From Octopus bimaculoides (taxonomy: Eukaryota), in assembly GCF_001194135.2 (NCBI RefSeq), contig NC_068982.1, positions 107,773,874 through 107,837,873 of the forward strand: 64,000 nt of DNA. The letters are read 5' to 3'. Both the position numbers and the translations under genes were made by a program. The notes beneath the pieces are model-generated. The model was not told where the DNA came from and made no database searches. It saw nothing but the letters and a program-made list of their open reading frames with translations. Numbering within the stretch: position 1 is the stretch's first letter; each line of letters starts with the position of its first letter. Positions 52,100 to 64,000 of the stretch are shown here, piece after piece.

Positions 52100-54035
52100 G
52101 AATCCATAAAAAAAAAGCAATGACAAAACTATTTTCATTTAGGGGAAGAATAAAACATTCCTAAAAGAGAAATTATGAGCAATGCATCTTAAATAAGCCA
52201 GTATTTTGCAATTTTGATACTCCTTGATGCTGCATGCATTATATTGATATTTCTTTTCACTAAGTGTAATTTCTGCACTGGCAATATGGCTTTTGAATAT
52301 TATGTCATTTCTTGAGGTACCATTTTCAAGATTACTTAAAATGTTCTAATTTGTATGATGGATTTTCTATCACTGAATTTCTTTTCTTAATGAAATTACA
52401 TATTTACTATGTAAATAATGTTAAGCACTGTTTTTGCTCCATGGATTAAAAAAGAAGACAATGAATTTACCAATGATGGTATGATGACGTAATTAACTTT
52501 CAATAAAGCTATCATCAGTTGATGGAATTACAAACTATTGAAAACCAAAACAAAAAAATCATTAAAATAGGACATGATGTAAACTTAATTCTTGGCTCAT
52601 ATTCACAAGAATTCCTGGACCTGCACTTTACTTTTTTGAAAGGTTGGAATATAAGTGCAATTTCCTTTTTGACATTGGTATTCCTACAATTCAAAGTTTC
52701 TTTCAAATGCTAAAACATGACCATATATTTCAAGTAAAAGCTCATTTTTTATTCCTTTGACATAGTAAATTCAAGTTATTTAAAAGAGATGTAATATCCA
52801 CAAGGAATTCTAAGGCAGCAGGCCAATCAAGATCATGAAAATGTGTAGCATTCATATTTTTGCTTTCAAGGAATATTGCTGCTACTTCATGGCCCACTTA
52901 ACCTTTTTGTTAAAATGGAGTAAAATGCCTAGGACTACCTCAAGTTGTCTGATACTAGCTTTCTGTTTTGAAGTGAACTAAAAACTTTCCATTGAAATTT
53001 CAAACACCAGATTAATAATGACAATATTATTTTACTAAATTCTTCATTGCAGAAACTAGTCATGACTATATTTTGCCTTCATATCCAACAAAAGCTGATG
53101 AAACTAATAGATTTAATCTACCAAATAAGATCTGATTCACTGTCTTCACAATAATATCTATGATGTTCTCTAGTTTCAAAGACTATGCACATAATACCTC
53201 TTGATGTACAACAAAATAGATTTTAATCAATTTCTATACAATTTGCCCTGGCAGTAAAGTCATGATACATTTTTCTGTCACACCAGTGTTGGTGCCTCAT
53301 CATTTGTAATGCCATTTAGCATCAACATATCATGTTTATTTCTGACATGATTTTCAACAAATATCTGCTTCAGTAACTTAACCTTCCGTAAAAATTATTT
53401 GAATAACCTCTTCAAAAATTCTAAAATTTAAGGTCACTCTCCTCACAAACCCTACAAGTTGAACAGAATCTTAAGTTTGTACTCTCATCAAACACAATTG
53501 AAAAAAAGGAAAAGAAAAAAGAAAATCACAATACATTGTAAGCATGCTTTAAACAAGTTTTAACATCTGCTGACATTTCTCATTTCTTCAACTCATCATG
53601 TGACTGTTCTTGCATATAACCTGATAGATGCAAATAAAGACTTTTCCTTTCTTTTTTATTATTTTTTTATTCTTTGCAGAATAAACTATATTCACTGCTA
53701 CCAGTAAACATCTTTGACAAACTCTCTAGCTGTAAAAAGTTTCATCTTTTCTGCAGCACATTGTAAGATTTTGTGGCTGACATGAATATGCCTTTTTACA
53801 CTTTCTGTCTAACACAAAAAAAAAACAAAACAAAAGCCAGCCTTAAATCGAACAGCATCATTCTTTGCAGTTAAAATATCCATAATGGTGGTTTCATAAT
53901 ATCATCCAATATTTGCCACCTTCTTCATAGCAATATTTTCAGGATAAATGAAACTGATTTCCCAATATGCTCCATGGTGAAGTAATCTAGGATCCAAGTA
54001 TCTCGAAAACAATAGTACTCAGTGTCTGCTTTCCA
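52100..54035 (-). pseudogene. Decayed hAT transposase of the SPIN/GTF2IRD2 (Charlie/Buster) type
   Basis: Collinear relic peptides on the minus strand: YCFRDTWILDYFTMEHIGK (BED-like), LQCAAEKMKLFTAREFVKD, DSVQLVGFV..NFRIFEE, GITNDEAPTLV, FHDLDWPAALEFLVDITSLLNNLNLLCQ and AFERNFEL*EYQCQKGNCTYIPTFK. Many stops and frameshifts. Confidence 0.7.
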
Positions 54036-55712
54036 GCATTTTGCATCCAATGATTTTTTTTTTTTTTTCTTCTAAATTTTATTCCAATATTAACAAGTAT
54101 CATGGCAGATATATCTTGTCCATCCGATATCCCGTTGCTACAAAATTTATGTCAAAAAGTCACATGATAAACCAACTAATGCATTGCCCACCAAATTCAG
54201 CATGCACAGAAAAGGGGGTGATTAGTCCGAAAAATTTCTAGCAAATCATTTGCACATACATTGTACTATTAGAATAAATTACATTTTCTTCTTTTGTCAA
54301 ATATTTATTATAAATGTCTTGTTAAAACAGTAACAGTATTTATATTTGCAGATTTACATGATTCCAACCCCAAATCCTTCACACTCATGGAGATTATCTA
54401 CACATATTTAATAAGTTGATCCTACTTTCTAAGATTTTAATTAACTAGTATTTTGTTTGGAACAAACAGAACCTTGCACCAATCTAACTATGCACCATTC
54501 ATGATCAATCAATGTGGCTGTATGAAACAGGTGCAATGTATCCCAATATTTGCTTAGAGGTTGATCACAATTCTTTTGCAAACCTGCTACAAAGTAATCA
54601 AAAAGTGTCAAGTTTTTGGAGAATCAAGTCTGTCAGTCTAAAATATTTGTGTCGTGATTATTAAATTACATTTGTAAACATTTGTTTAGTTTATATTAGT
54701 GATTTTACATTAGTGAAACCATACAAAGTAAATAATTTGTAGTAGGTCATAAGATAGAAAACTAAACTCTGACAAATGTTATCTAAAAGTTCCACCAATT
54801 GGGTCATATTGACATTCATTATTACACAGAAAGAATACTTGAAAATCAGTTGATTGGGGTTATAAACAAGATTAAAATCAATTTGTGAATCCAGCTATCT
54901 ACATAGTTGACTTAGTTTATAGTTTCTATGCCAATGATACTATTCAGGTCCTATATTATAGCAGCATAATGTATTAGATAGGCAGATCAGATGTTTAAAG
55001 ACATGTGGTAAATCATTTCAGAAATGACATCACGAACGTAGTAAAACAAATTTTATAATGAGTAAGGAAATATAGTTTAAAATAGGCCAGAAAATGTATA
55101 GTATTTGCTAAAAGCAGCAGAGTTTCATTCAGAAAACCAATTTTTCAGTGAACTATAATGTCAAATCAATCCCTTTGAAGCATAAACATGAATTTCAAAG
55201 ACAATATACCAAGTAGAAGCAGCAGATTCACAATCAGAAAACAAACCAAAATGTTATTTTAACTAAAGCAATATACTCAGAAAACAAAGATGAGAACATG
55301 GTTCATACTTATGTTTAATGACTCATAGAACTGAGTTCAATAAGAAAGCTTTCCATTACCAAATAGTATAGCAGGAGAGCTACTCCTGTACATGGATTAA
55401 CAGCAGATGCTCTAAGAACTATCCATTAATAGTAAATACTTCATGAGAATGGATATTTATAAACAACAAAAGTATGCTTTCTCTAGTAACACACATCCAA
55501 TTAATCTAAAAATGAACATTTTACAATGAACATCTCATTTGAATCAACAAAGAATAAAAATAAATGTTTCAGTTTTCTCTTTTTCAAAATGGATTTACCC
55601 CAAAATATACATATATATATATGGGAGAATGTACGAAAAATCAACAACGGACGAGGACAGGTGGTGTAAACAACAAAAGGATGTATTAGCATGACGCTCG
55701 GGAATACGGAAA

Positions 55713-55742
55713 GTCTTTAACGTTTCGAGCTACGCTCTTCAA
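55713..55742 (-). ncRNA. Truncated minimal hammerhead-like motif in a probable PLE pLTR fragment
   Basis: Minus strand reads ttgaa-GAGC-gta-GCTC-GAAACGTT-aaagac: a 4-bp stem II and palindromic AACGTT stem III, with the 5' core replaced by a TA/CATA microsatellite. Confidence 0.4.
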
Positions 55743-56249
55743 TATATTTATATACATATACATATACATATATATATATACATACATACATACATACATA
55801 TATACNNNNNNNNNNNNNNNNNNNNNNNNNNNNNNNNNNNNNNNNNNNNNNNNNNNNNNNNNNNNNNNNNNNNNNNNNNNNNNNNNNNNNNNNNNNNNNN
55901 NNNNNGCCACACTTAAGTGGCAATATACTACACTATATATATATATATATATATTTATATTTATTCATATTTTTTTCATTTTATCTAGTTTTAGCTCATG
56001 ATGATCTATTGTTACAGTCATCTGAAAATAGCATTTTTAGTTTTGTATGCACAGAATCATGTCAAGAAATTGTACTAACGCATCAATCATAGAAATGATT
56101 TAACCCTTCAGAATTTATACCAGCAACCCAAATATGCTAACCAACCAGATCTAGCCTCTCGTGCCTATCCTACAATATCATTCTAAAAATAATCATATCA
56201 TTGAAGTCTTGAAGCTGCAAGATAATGCAGGATTAATTTAAAATAATTG

Positions 56250-56586
56250 TGGCCGTTGCCAGTACCGCCTGGCTGGCCTCCGTAGGATTTTTGAGCAAGA
56301 TCGCTGCCAGTGCCCCTGGACTGGTTCTTGTGTGGGTGGCACATAAAATGCACCATTTTGAGCGTGGCCGTTGCCAGTACCGCCTGACTGGCCTTCGTGC
56401 GGGTGACACGTAAAAGCACCCACTACACTCTCTGAGTGGTTGGCGTTAGGAAGGGCATCCAGCTGTAGAAACTCTGCCAAATCAGATTGGAGCCTGGTGT
56501 TGCCATCCGGTTTCACCAGTCCTCAGTCAAATCGTCCAACCCATGCTAGAATGGAAAGCGGATGTTAAACGATGATGATGATGATG
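56250..56586 (+). mobile_element. Short RTE 3' fragment inserted into a piggyBac-like MITE
   Basis: ggccgttgccagtaccgcc...gatgttaaacgatgatgatgatgatg interrupts the MITE, which begins ttaacccttcag at about 56100 and resumes ...ataagcattagatctgacagagtaatc. Confidence 0.8.
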
Positions 56587-57783
56587 AATGTGGATAGATA
56601 AGCATTAGATCTGACAGAGTAATCGGAATGATAAAGAATTAGTTCTGAAAATTTCAGTTCATCTCCAGGACAGTGTCACACTGACAAGCAGAGGGTTACA
56701 CTGACAGGTGTGCAATGCACTGGGTCACATTGATAGCAAGTGTGTAGTGTCACACTGATGAAAAGAAGTCAGTCAAGCAGAAATGCATATATCTGTAGAT
56801 AAAGGTTAAATTCAGGTAAGTATTCTATAGTAAATTTTAAAATAACATCAGAACACTATCCTGAGTCCTTAAGCTAATAACAAGGTTTTGAAATGCTAAA
56901 GAAACGAACCTAATAATAGCTGCAAAACACAGTTTTTTTTTTAACAGATAGAAGATATAAGCCATTACCAAATGTTTTTCAACCTGCAACGCTAGTGCCA
57001 GTGTCATATTTACAACACTCAGACAAACTTTCAAAAGCAAGATTATTACAGATGAAGCTATAAGATTTTGGATTGTTGCCATTTGAAAAATATTAAAGAC
57101 ACTGCCTCAATCAAATGACAGTCATTGCAAATGTCATACGTTAAATATGGACTCAAGCACAATGATGTGATCATGAAGTTTACTTTGAAAGTATGTCATC
57201 TCAGGTTCAATCCACCGTGTAGCATCTTAGACAAGTGTTTTCTATCCATAACTGCAAGTGCACCAAAGCCTTTTGACAAACATTTGGTCAACAGAAATTG
57301 TGTGGGAGTACATAAGAAGGAATGTTCCTGTTCTTTAGAGGCAGTCTTAATCCATCACCAGATCTAATCACACACAACCTTGGGTACTCTAAAAGTTGAG
57401 TCCACTATCTTGCAAGTATACGGGCCAGTTCTCCAGTTAGAGTTTGGCTTCCTCTTTTCTTTCCCGTCGTAACTTAATGAACAACTTAGTCCTGAGATAA
57501 TTCTCCAATAAGACAAAACAAAGTGGTTGGACTGCATACTTATTTTAAAGTATGAAAATTTAGTATAAATAGTACTAGTTTTAATAAACCCACAATATTT
57601 CTAGCTTCAAAATACTAACGCAAGTTTGCAAATTAGAATGTACTTCATGATTTTTATGGTAATTATTACGGATTCAGAAAATAAACCCTCAGACTAAAAA
57701 CAGCGGATTTCTGCTAAGTGTTATCTGACATTAAAACAAAGAAAATATTTTTTTAAACCGCTAAAGTACAAAAAATAGTGTTT

Positions 57784-57823
<40 letters not shown>

Positions 57824-59161
57824 NNNNNNNNNNNNNNNNNNNNNNNNNNNNNNNNNNNNNNNNNNNNNNNNNNNNNNNNNNNNNNNNNNNNNNNNNNNNN
57901 NNNNNNNNNNNNNNNNNNNNNNNNNNNNNNNNNNNNNNNNNNNNNNNNNNNNNNNNNNNNNNNNNNNNNNNNNNNNNNNNNNNNNNNNNNNNNNNNNNNN
58001 NNNNNNNNNNNNNNNNNNNNNNNNNNNNNNNNNNNNNNNNNNNNNNNNNNNNNNNNNNNNNNNNNNNNNNNNNNNNNNNNNNNNNNNNNNNNNNNNNNNN
58101 NNNNNNNNNNNNNNNNNNNNNNNNNNNNNNNNNNNNNNNNNNNNNNNNNNNNNNNNNNNNNNNNNNNNNNNNNNNNNNNNNNNNNNNNNNNNNNNNNNNN
58201 NNNNNNNNNNNNNNNNNNNNNNNNNNNNNNNNNNNNNNNNNNNNNNNNNNNNNNNNNNNNNNNNNNNNNNNNNNNNNNNNNNNNNNNNNNNNNNNNNNNN
58301 NNNNNNNNNNNNNNNNNNNNNNNNNNNNNNNNNNNNNNNNNNNNNNNNNNNNNNNNNNNNNNNNNNNNNNNNNNNNNNNNNNNNNNNNNNNNNNNNNNNN
58401 NNNNNNNNNNNNNNNNNNNNNNNNNNNNNNNNNNNNNNNNNNNNNNNNNNNNNNNNNNNNNNNNNNNNNNNNNNNNNNNNNNNNNNNNNNNNNNNNNNNN
58501 NNNNNNNNNNNNNNNNNNNNNNNNNNNNNNNNNNNNNNNNNNNNNNNNNNNNNNNNNNNNNNNNNNNNNNNNNNNNNNNNNNNNNNNNNNNNNNNNNNNN
58601 NNNAGAGACTAATTGTTGTTTTTTTACTTTTTTAAAATTTCGTTATGAAAGAAGCCTTCCTGACAATCATTGGTTAAGCATATTTTTGTCTTTTTTTTTT
58701 TTAGAATTGCATACCATTAAGAGAGAGAGAGAGAGAGAGAGATTAAATAACAATTTCTTATCAAATTTCGCTTAAGACTGTGACAGCCGTTAAATAACTG
58801 AAGAAAAACGGTATACAATATTACAATATAATAAATAAAAATAAACATATACAACGTCAGTGATACGATATTTTCGCAAAATAGTGTAATGCAGTAGACA
58901 AAGACTACAAGAGTGAACAAGTAAAACACGTGAACCATCGTAGACAAAGCATTGAGGCAGCATGGAAGGCTAGACATAAGCAGTTGTAGAAATAACGTGA
59001 AGGCACAACAGTGGCAATGCACAATTTTTCATGTACTCCATACAATGCATGTGAACTTGGGTTCAACTATGAACACACGCAAATCAACGAATAAGGCGTT
59101 AAGAAAAAGATTATATTGATATTTTTATATATATTTATTATAATGTTATTTTAACAGTATG

Positions 59162-59198
<37 letters not shown>

Positions 59199-59612
59199 NN
59201 NNNNNNNNNNNNNNNNNNNNNNNNNNNNNNNNNNNNNNNNNNNNNNNNNNNNNNNNNNNNNNNNNNNNNNNNNNNNNNNNNNNNNNNNNNNNNNNNNNNN
59301 NNNNNNNNNNNNNNNNNNNNNNNNNNNNNNNNNNNNNNNNNNNNNNNNNNNNNNNNNNNNNNNNNNNNNNNNNNNNNNNNNNNNNNNNNNNNNNNNNNNN
59401 NNNNNNNNNNNNNNNNNNNNNNNNNNNNNNNNNNNNNNNNNNNNNNNNNNNNNNNNNNNNNNNNNNNNNNNNNNNNNNNNNNNNNNNNNNNNNNNNNNNN
59501 NNNNNNNNNNNNNNNNNNNNNNNNNNNNNNNNNNNNNNNNNNNNNNNNNNNNNNNNNNNNNNNNNNNNNNNNNNNNNNNNNNNNNNNNNNNNNNNNNNNN
59601 NNNNNNNNNNNN

Positions 59613-59649
<37 letters not shown>

Positions 59650-60949
59650 GTCGTTGTCGTGGTTTTACTTCCGCTTCCATGCTGGATGTGATGGACAGTT
59701 CATTGCAACTTTCCTAGAAGAGTACATCTTGCTACAAGTTTCATTTTTGGTTCGATTTCTACGGCTGGGTGTCCTTCCTAACGCCAAACCATTTCGCAGA
59801 GTGTACTGGGTGCATTTTATCGGGGCCTCAGTAGTAGAGAAGATAGGGGCGAGAGAGTGAATGGATAGCAAGAATGAATAAATAGCGAGTGAATGATGGC
59901 TGTCGATACTAAATCGCCAATGGAAGGGAGGGTAGGAGAGTATCAGACGTATATTTATCTGATGGAGTCCCTTAAGATGGTGATACATTAGGGATAATGA
60001 TGAGAGAGAGGCTGGAGCACTGGAGAGAGGGACAGATGGGTCCCTGGGAATCTTAGTTACACTAGAAGAAATATATTTGAACCGAAGAGATCTACTGCTA
60101 TTCTCACTCACATCAGTACCATAGTACAGTGACAGTCATCAAGAGATGAGCAATAGGAACAGGAGAGCTAGAGACAAACGTGTTAAAAGCAAAAGCGTTA
60201 GACAAAGGTGACAGTGACATAGATTATAGACAGGTCAGTGATAAGAGGGGTGTGCGATAGATATGTAATATTACAGAGATGAGAGGCTATGAAAGAGACC
60301 AAAGATGCAGCCTTGGCTTTATGAGTATATATGCAAATACATATGCATATACATGTGTGTGTGAATGCATACATGTTTATACATATACACAAAATGTGAA
60401 CATGCTTCACCTTATATATTACACACACACATCCACCCATAAACAGATGGATGGACTACTCGTTTCAGTGGTGAGAATTTGGTTGTTTAATCAAATAGTT
60501 CACCTGCTCATTAAATTAACTTATAAGTAGCTGTAAGCATTTAACAAATATGAATATCTCTGGTATAATTTTCAAGCAGAGACAGCATGACACAAGACCA
60601 AACCTTTGAATTACAATCCCTCCAATAGGTTTCTATACAATTTCTATCTATTCAGTTTCACTCACAAAGTAGGAATCAGCCCAAGGCTGTAGAAAGTGAC
60701 ATTTGCCAGAGATGTCACAAATGAGAGTGAACCCAGGATCTCATGGTTGCAAAGCAAACTTCTAAACCATTCAAATATACTGCATCTATACACATGCACG
60801 CGTGCGCACACACACACACCTATATTTGTACATAAATTTATATTTTTAATTGCTGGATCTGAAAAGGCAATGAAGCTGATGCCATGAATGTTCCTATTAA
60901 GCCTCTGTATGTCAAAGCCTGCAGGAAAAGTATGGGCAAGGAGTTATTG

Positions 60950-62570
60950 AGGGCCAGTGTTCAGGTAAGGAAGGACTGTGCATAGTGATTAGTGTAAGAC
61001 CTGGAGGCATGGACACAAAGATAAGAGGAGAGATGAATAGGAGAATACTTGAGTGGAGGAATATGAACCATCCAGCTCCTATGAGTAGAGGCCATTATAG
61101 AAGTGATAGAAAAGGCAGAGAGAGAAGACAGTGTGTCAGTGGATCAGAGGTTGGGGTCTGTAAGTGGTTTCATGCCGATCAGACAAGTGACCCTTTTCTA
61201 AACATGGTTTAAGATGTCATCCCAGATGTAAGAGCAATACTCCATTGTGTGCCTCTCCTATGATAATTGTAGGGGGATGAAGTCTTCCTGCCCCAAAGAA
61301 AAGAAGCAGTCCTAAATATGCTAAGGACGTGCTCTCCCAAAAGAAACATCCTTAGTAGTAGTGGGACGCAACAACTGGAACAATTTTGAGAGCTCTGAGT
61401 GCTGCTCATGATTAAGAAGAGAGTGGTCTGGTGGTATTTTCTTGACTTGAGTAGTATTGGTGCGGTTTTGTTGAAAGAGACAAGACTTGCCTATTCCCAT
61501 TGGGGGATACTTCTGAAGTCTCTGTTCATGGTGTCAGTGTTGGTTTGATCCTGTAGATTTAGAGGTTATGAGTGGATAATAAATGATTGAAGAATGTTAG
61601 GTAGGAAAGCAAAGGTAGTGTCTTCTGTGAAAGAGAGTGTATTGTTGCATGGAAAAGAGTGAGGGATAAAACTGAACCCAAGGGTACACCAGAGTTGATA
61701 GAAAGTGAACAGAAAAAGCATGTGTGAATAGTGCAATTTAATAGGAAGCTACCTATCCAAGAGATGAGGGAAGAGTGGAATCCCTAGATAGGCCGTTTCA
61801 GCAGGAGATTCACATGCCAGATATAGTCAGAAGTTTTGATGATATCAAGGGTCAACATTATGATCAGCAAATTTCTCCAAAGTAAAAGTCTACCGATGGG
61901 TGACAAAGGAGAGTAGGTCACCAGTGAATATGGCCTAACAGAAACCATACTGGTGGCCATCAAAGTGGGGAGATAGATTCAAAGTGTTGGATGATGTTGC
62001 AACGGCTGGGAGATATTACAAGTGAATGTGATAGAGCAATAGCTGGCAGGGTTAAAGGGGTCACCTTTCCCAGGAAAAAGATACACTAGTGTTTCCAAAG
62101 ATTCTTGTAGAGAAAGAAAAATTGAAGAACTCAGTGAAATTAGGGTCTGGCTCAGCCTTGTTAGTTTGAAAGTAGTACTAAAAGGTATTTTCACACTTGG
62201 CATGTGCATGCAAGGTAGGGGTCCTTGAAGGATGGAAGGGGATAGAATTGGAAATTTGCCAAGTGTGTTAAGTGTGTGGTTGGACGCAAAGCAAATAGTG
62301 AATATGGAGGCTTTTTCAACAGTGTTCATGAGCCATTATTGTTGTGAAGTGGAAGGGAAGATTCTGGAAAACTGGTAGAAATCCTTTTGATAAGGGACCC
62401 AAATGGATTGGCTACTGTTCGCATGGTAGAATAGCTTGAGGGCTGTATGATGCATAAAGAAATTGTTATGGTTCAGATAGTGTCCTTGCAGATTGAGTTT
62501 TACCAGAAACTGTGCACCTTGCTTTTTGCCATTTACAGCTTTAGGCAAAAACAGCTTCAAGCACAACTAT
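60950..62570 (-). mobile_element. Decayed CR1-like LINE RT region
   Basis: Relics FPGKGDPFNPASYCSI, LTLDIIKTSDYIWH, INSGVPLGSVLSLTLFH, FTEDTT and EHVLSIFRTASFLWG. Confidence 0.75.
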
Positions 62571-63359
62571 GAATGAACCACTTGAGGGACTTTAGGCTCT
62601 ATATTTTAATGTGGAAGAAGAAGCCTCAAAAGAATACTTTTGGTCACCCACTTTTAGTTGTTTGGATCAAACTACTTCCTTCACTCCACCAACTTTATAG
62701 ACTCCTAAGTCCTTAAACCACCAATAATTTCTTCCAACATATCTCCTCTTGCACTGAAGTTATTGTTCCTGTTCTAACACTCACAACTCCTCATGGCTCT
62801 CTCACTTATCCTACAAGTGTGCTGCCAGTGCCAAAGCTAAATCTGTTGCACTCCTCATCTCTCTTCATTAACTTGTTTCAGCCCCCCCACCTATTGAGAT
62901 GATATTCTAAACACTCTTGATTTCTTTTTCATCTCCAAACCTAATACATACCAAAGTAAAACTGTTTTGGCATTTATCAGGTCAGGTCAAGAACATCCTG
63001 TTACTGGTACTATGAACCCAATACTACCCGTTTCATAATTGGGTGGTCAATAACTAAACCAGCGTCCCCACCTGACTTGCCTTGCAGGACTAAAAACAAG
63101 ACCTGTCAAACAATGGATGAGCTCACTGTGAGCCAACTGCCATCCACACAAGGAGTATATTGTGAAAATATCCTGCATATGGACAGGCAAAATGTGCAGC
63201 TGGTCCAAAACCATGGCCACAAAAACTCTAATGAAAGCATCCAACCATAAAAACCATGCCAAAACTGAGTCATTAAAGCACAATGCAATACTCTGATACA
63301 TCAGATCTTGCTGAATCATCCAACCCATGTCAGCCTGGAAAATGGACATACACAAACAC

Positions 63360-63835
63360 AAATATCATCACCATAAGACCATTTTTCCATACTTGCATGG
63401 ATTGGACAGGTCTCTGCAACATTCTTTCACATCTTCTTTATGAGGTTCAACATTCAGAGATCAGCTTTCATAATTTCTGCTCATGTTTTTGAAGGTCTTC
63501 CTATTGTACTGGTCCCCTCCACATGGATCTCCCGGCACTTCTTGATCCAACAGACATCATCCATACTCAATATACATGCATATGGATGATAACAGATGGG
63601 TAAAGTGACAGTCATCTCTCTTGCACACAACGGTTAATTCCTCTTATATCTTGTTTTCCTCTGTGCCTCATTATAACATGCACACTCACATAACACAACC
63701 AGGAGATCGTGCTTGCTTTGTTTCTTTCCAACTTCTGTATTCGTTGCCCACATCTCACAACCATGAAGCATTGCAGTTCATACACAAGCATCTTAGAATC
63801 TACCCTTCCCTCAGAAAGAGAATTCCCTTTAATGG
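63360..63835 (-). mobile_element. Old RTE LINE ORF C-terminal fragment with tail
   Basis: KLERNKASTISWLCYVSVH...VQER and WIKKCREIHVEGTSTIGRPSKT*AEIMKADL; tail reversed at about 63362-63410. A plus-strand tail fragment lies at about 63200-63350. Confidence 0.65.
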
Positions 63836-64000
63836 CCATTTTTGACCATACAACTGTCTACTGCAATAGTAGCAGTTCTAAGACTTTTGTTTGTCTGATT
63901 TGATTTGATTTTTTTTTTTCTTTTACCTGATAAAAAAAATATGTTCTACAGTCAAAGGGTTGATGCTTAAAATTTTCTTGTAGAAGAATGTACTTCAGCT

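Overview
AT-rich, repeat-dense metazoan genomic DNA with several N-gaps. The repeat families and microsatellite load suggest a coleoid cephalopod such as Octopus (inference). The only host gene found is the motor-domain part of a non-muscle myosin II heavy chain (MYH9/MYH10/zipper-like) on the minus strand. Four coding exons splice in frame: 28415-28259 (157 nt), 15001-14974 (28 nt), 7191-7071 (121 nt, P-loop GESGAGKT) and a probable 18-nt loop-1 microexon at 976-959 (SKELNL) surrounded by UGCAUG (Rbfox-type) motifs. The N-terminal exon(s) and all downstream exons were not found in the resolved sequence. The rest is intron filled with RTE-clade and CR1-like LINE fragments, tRNA-derived SINE families, a Penelope-like element with degenerate hammerhead ribozyme cores, decayed Tc1/mariner and hAT transposases, piggyBac-like and foldback MITEs, an inverted duplication and many microsatellites. 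Two duplications flanking gaps look like assembly artefacts. Most ORFs in the supplied track are spurious. Repeat boundaries are approximate and were read by eye without database searches.
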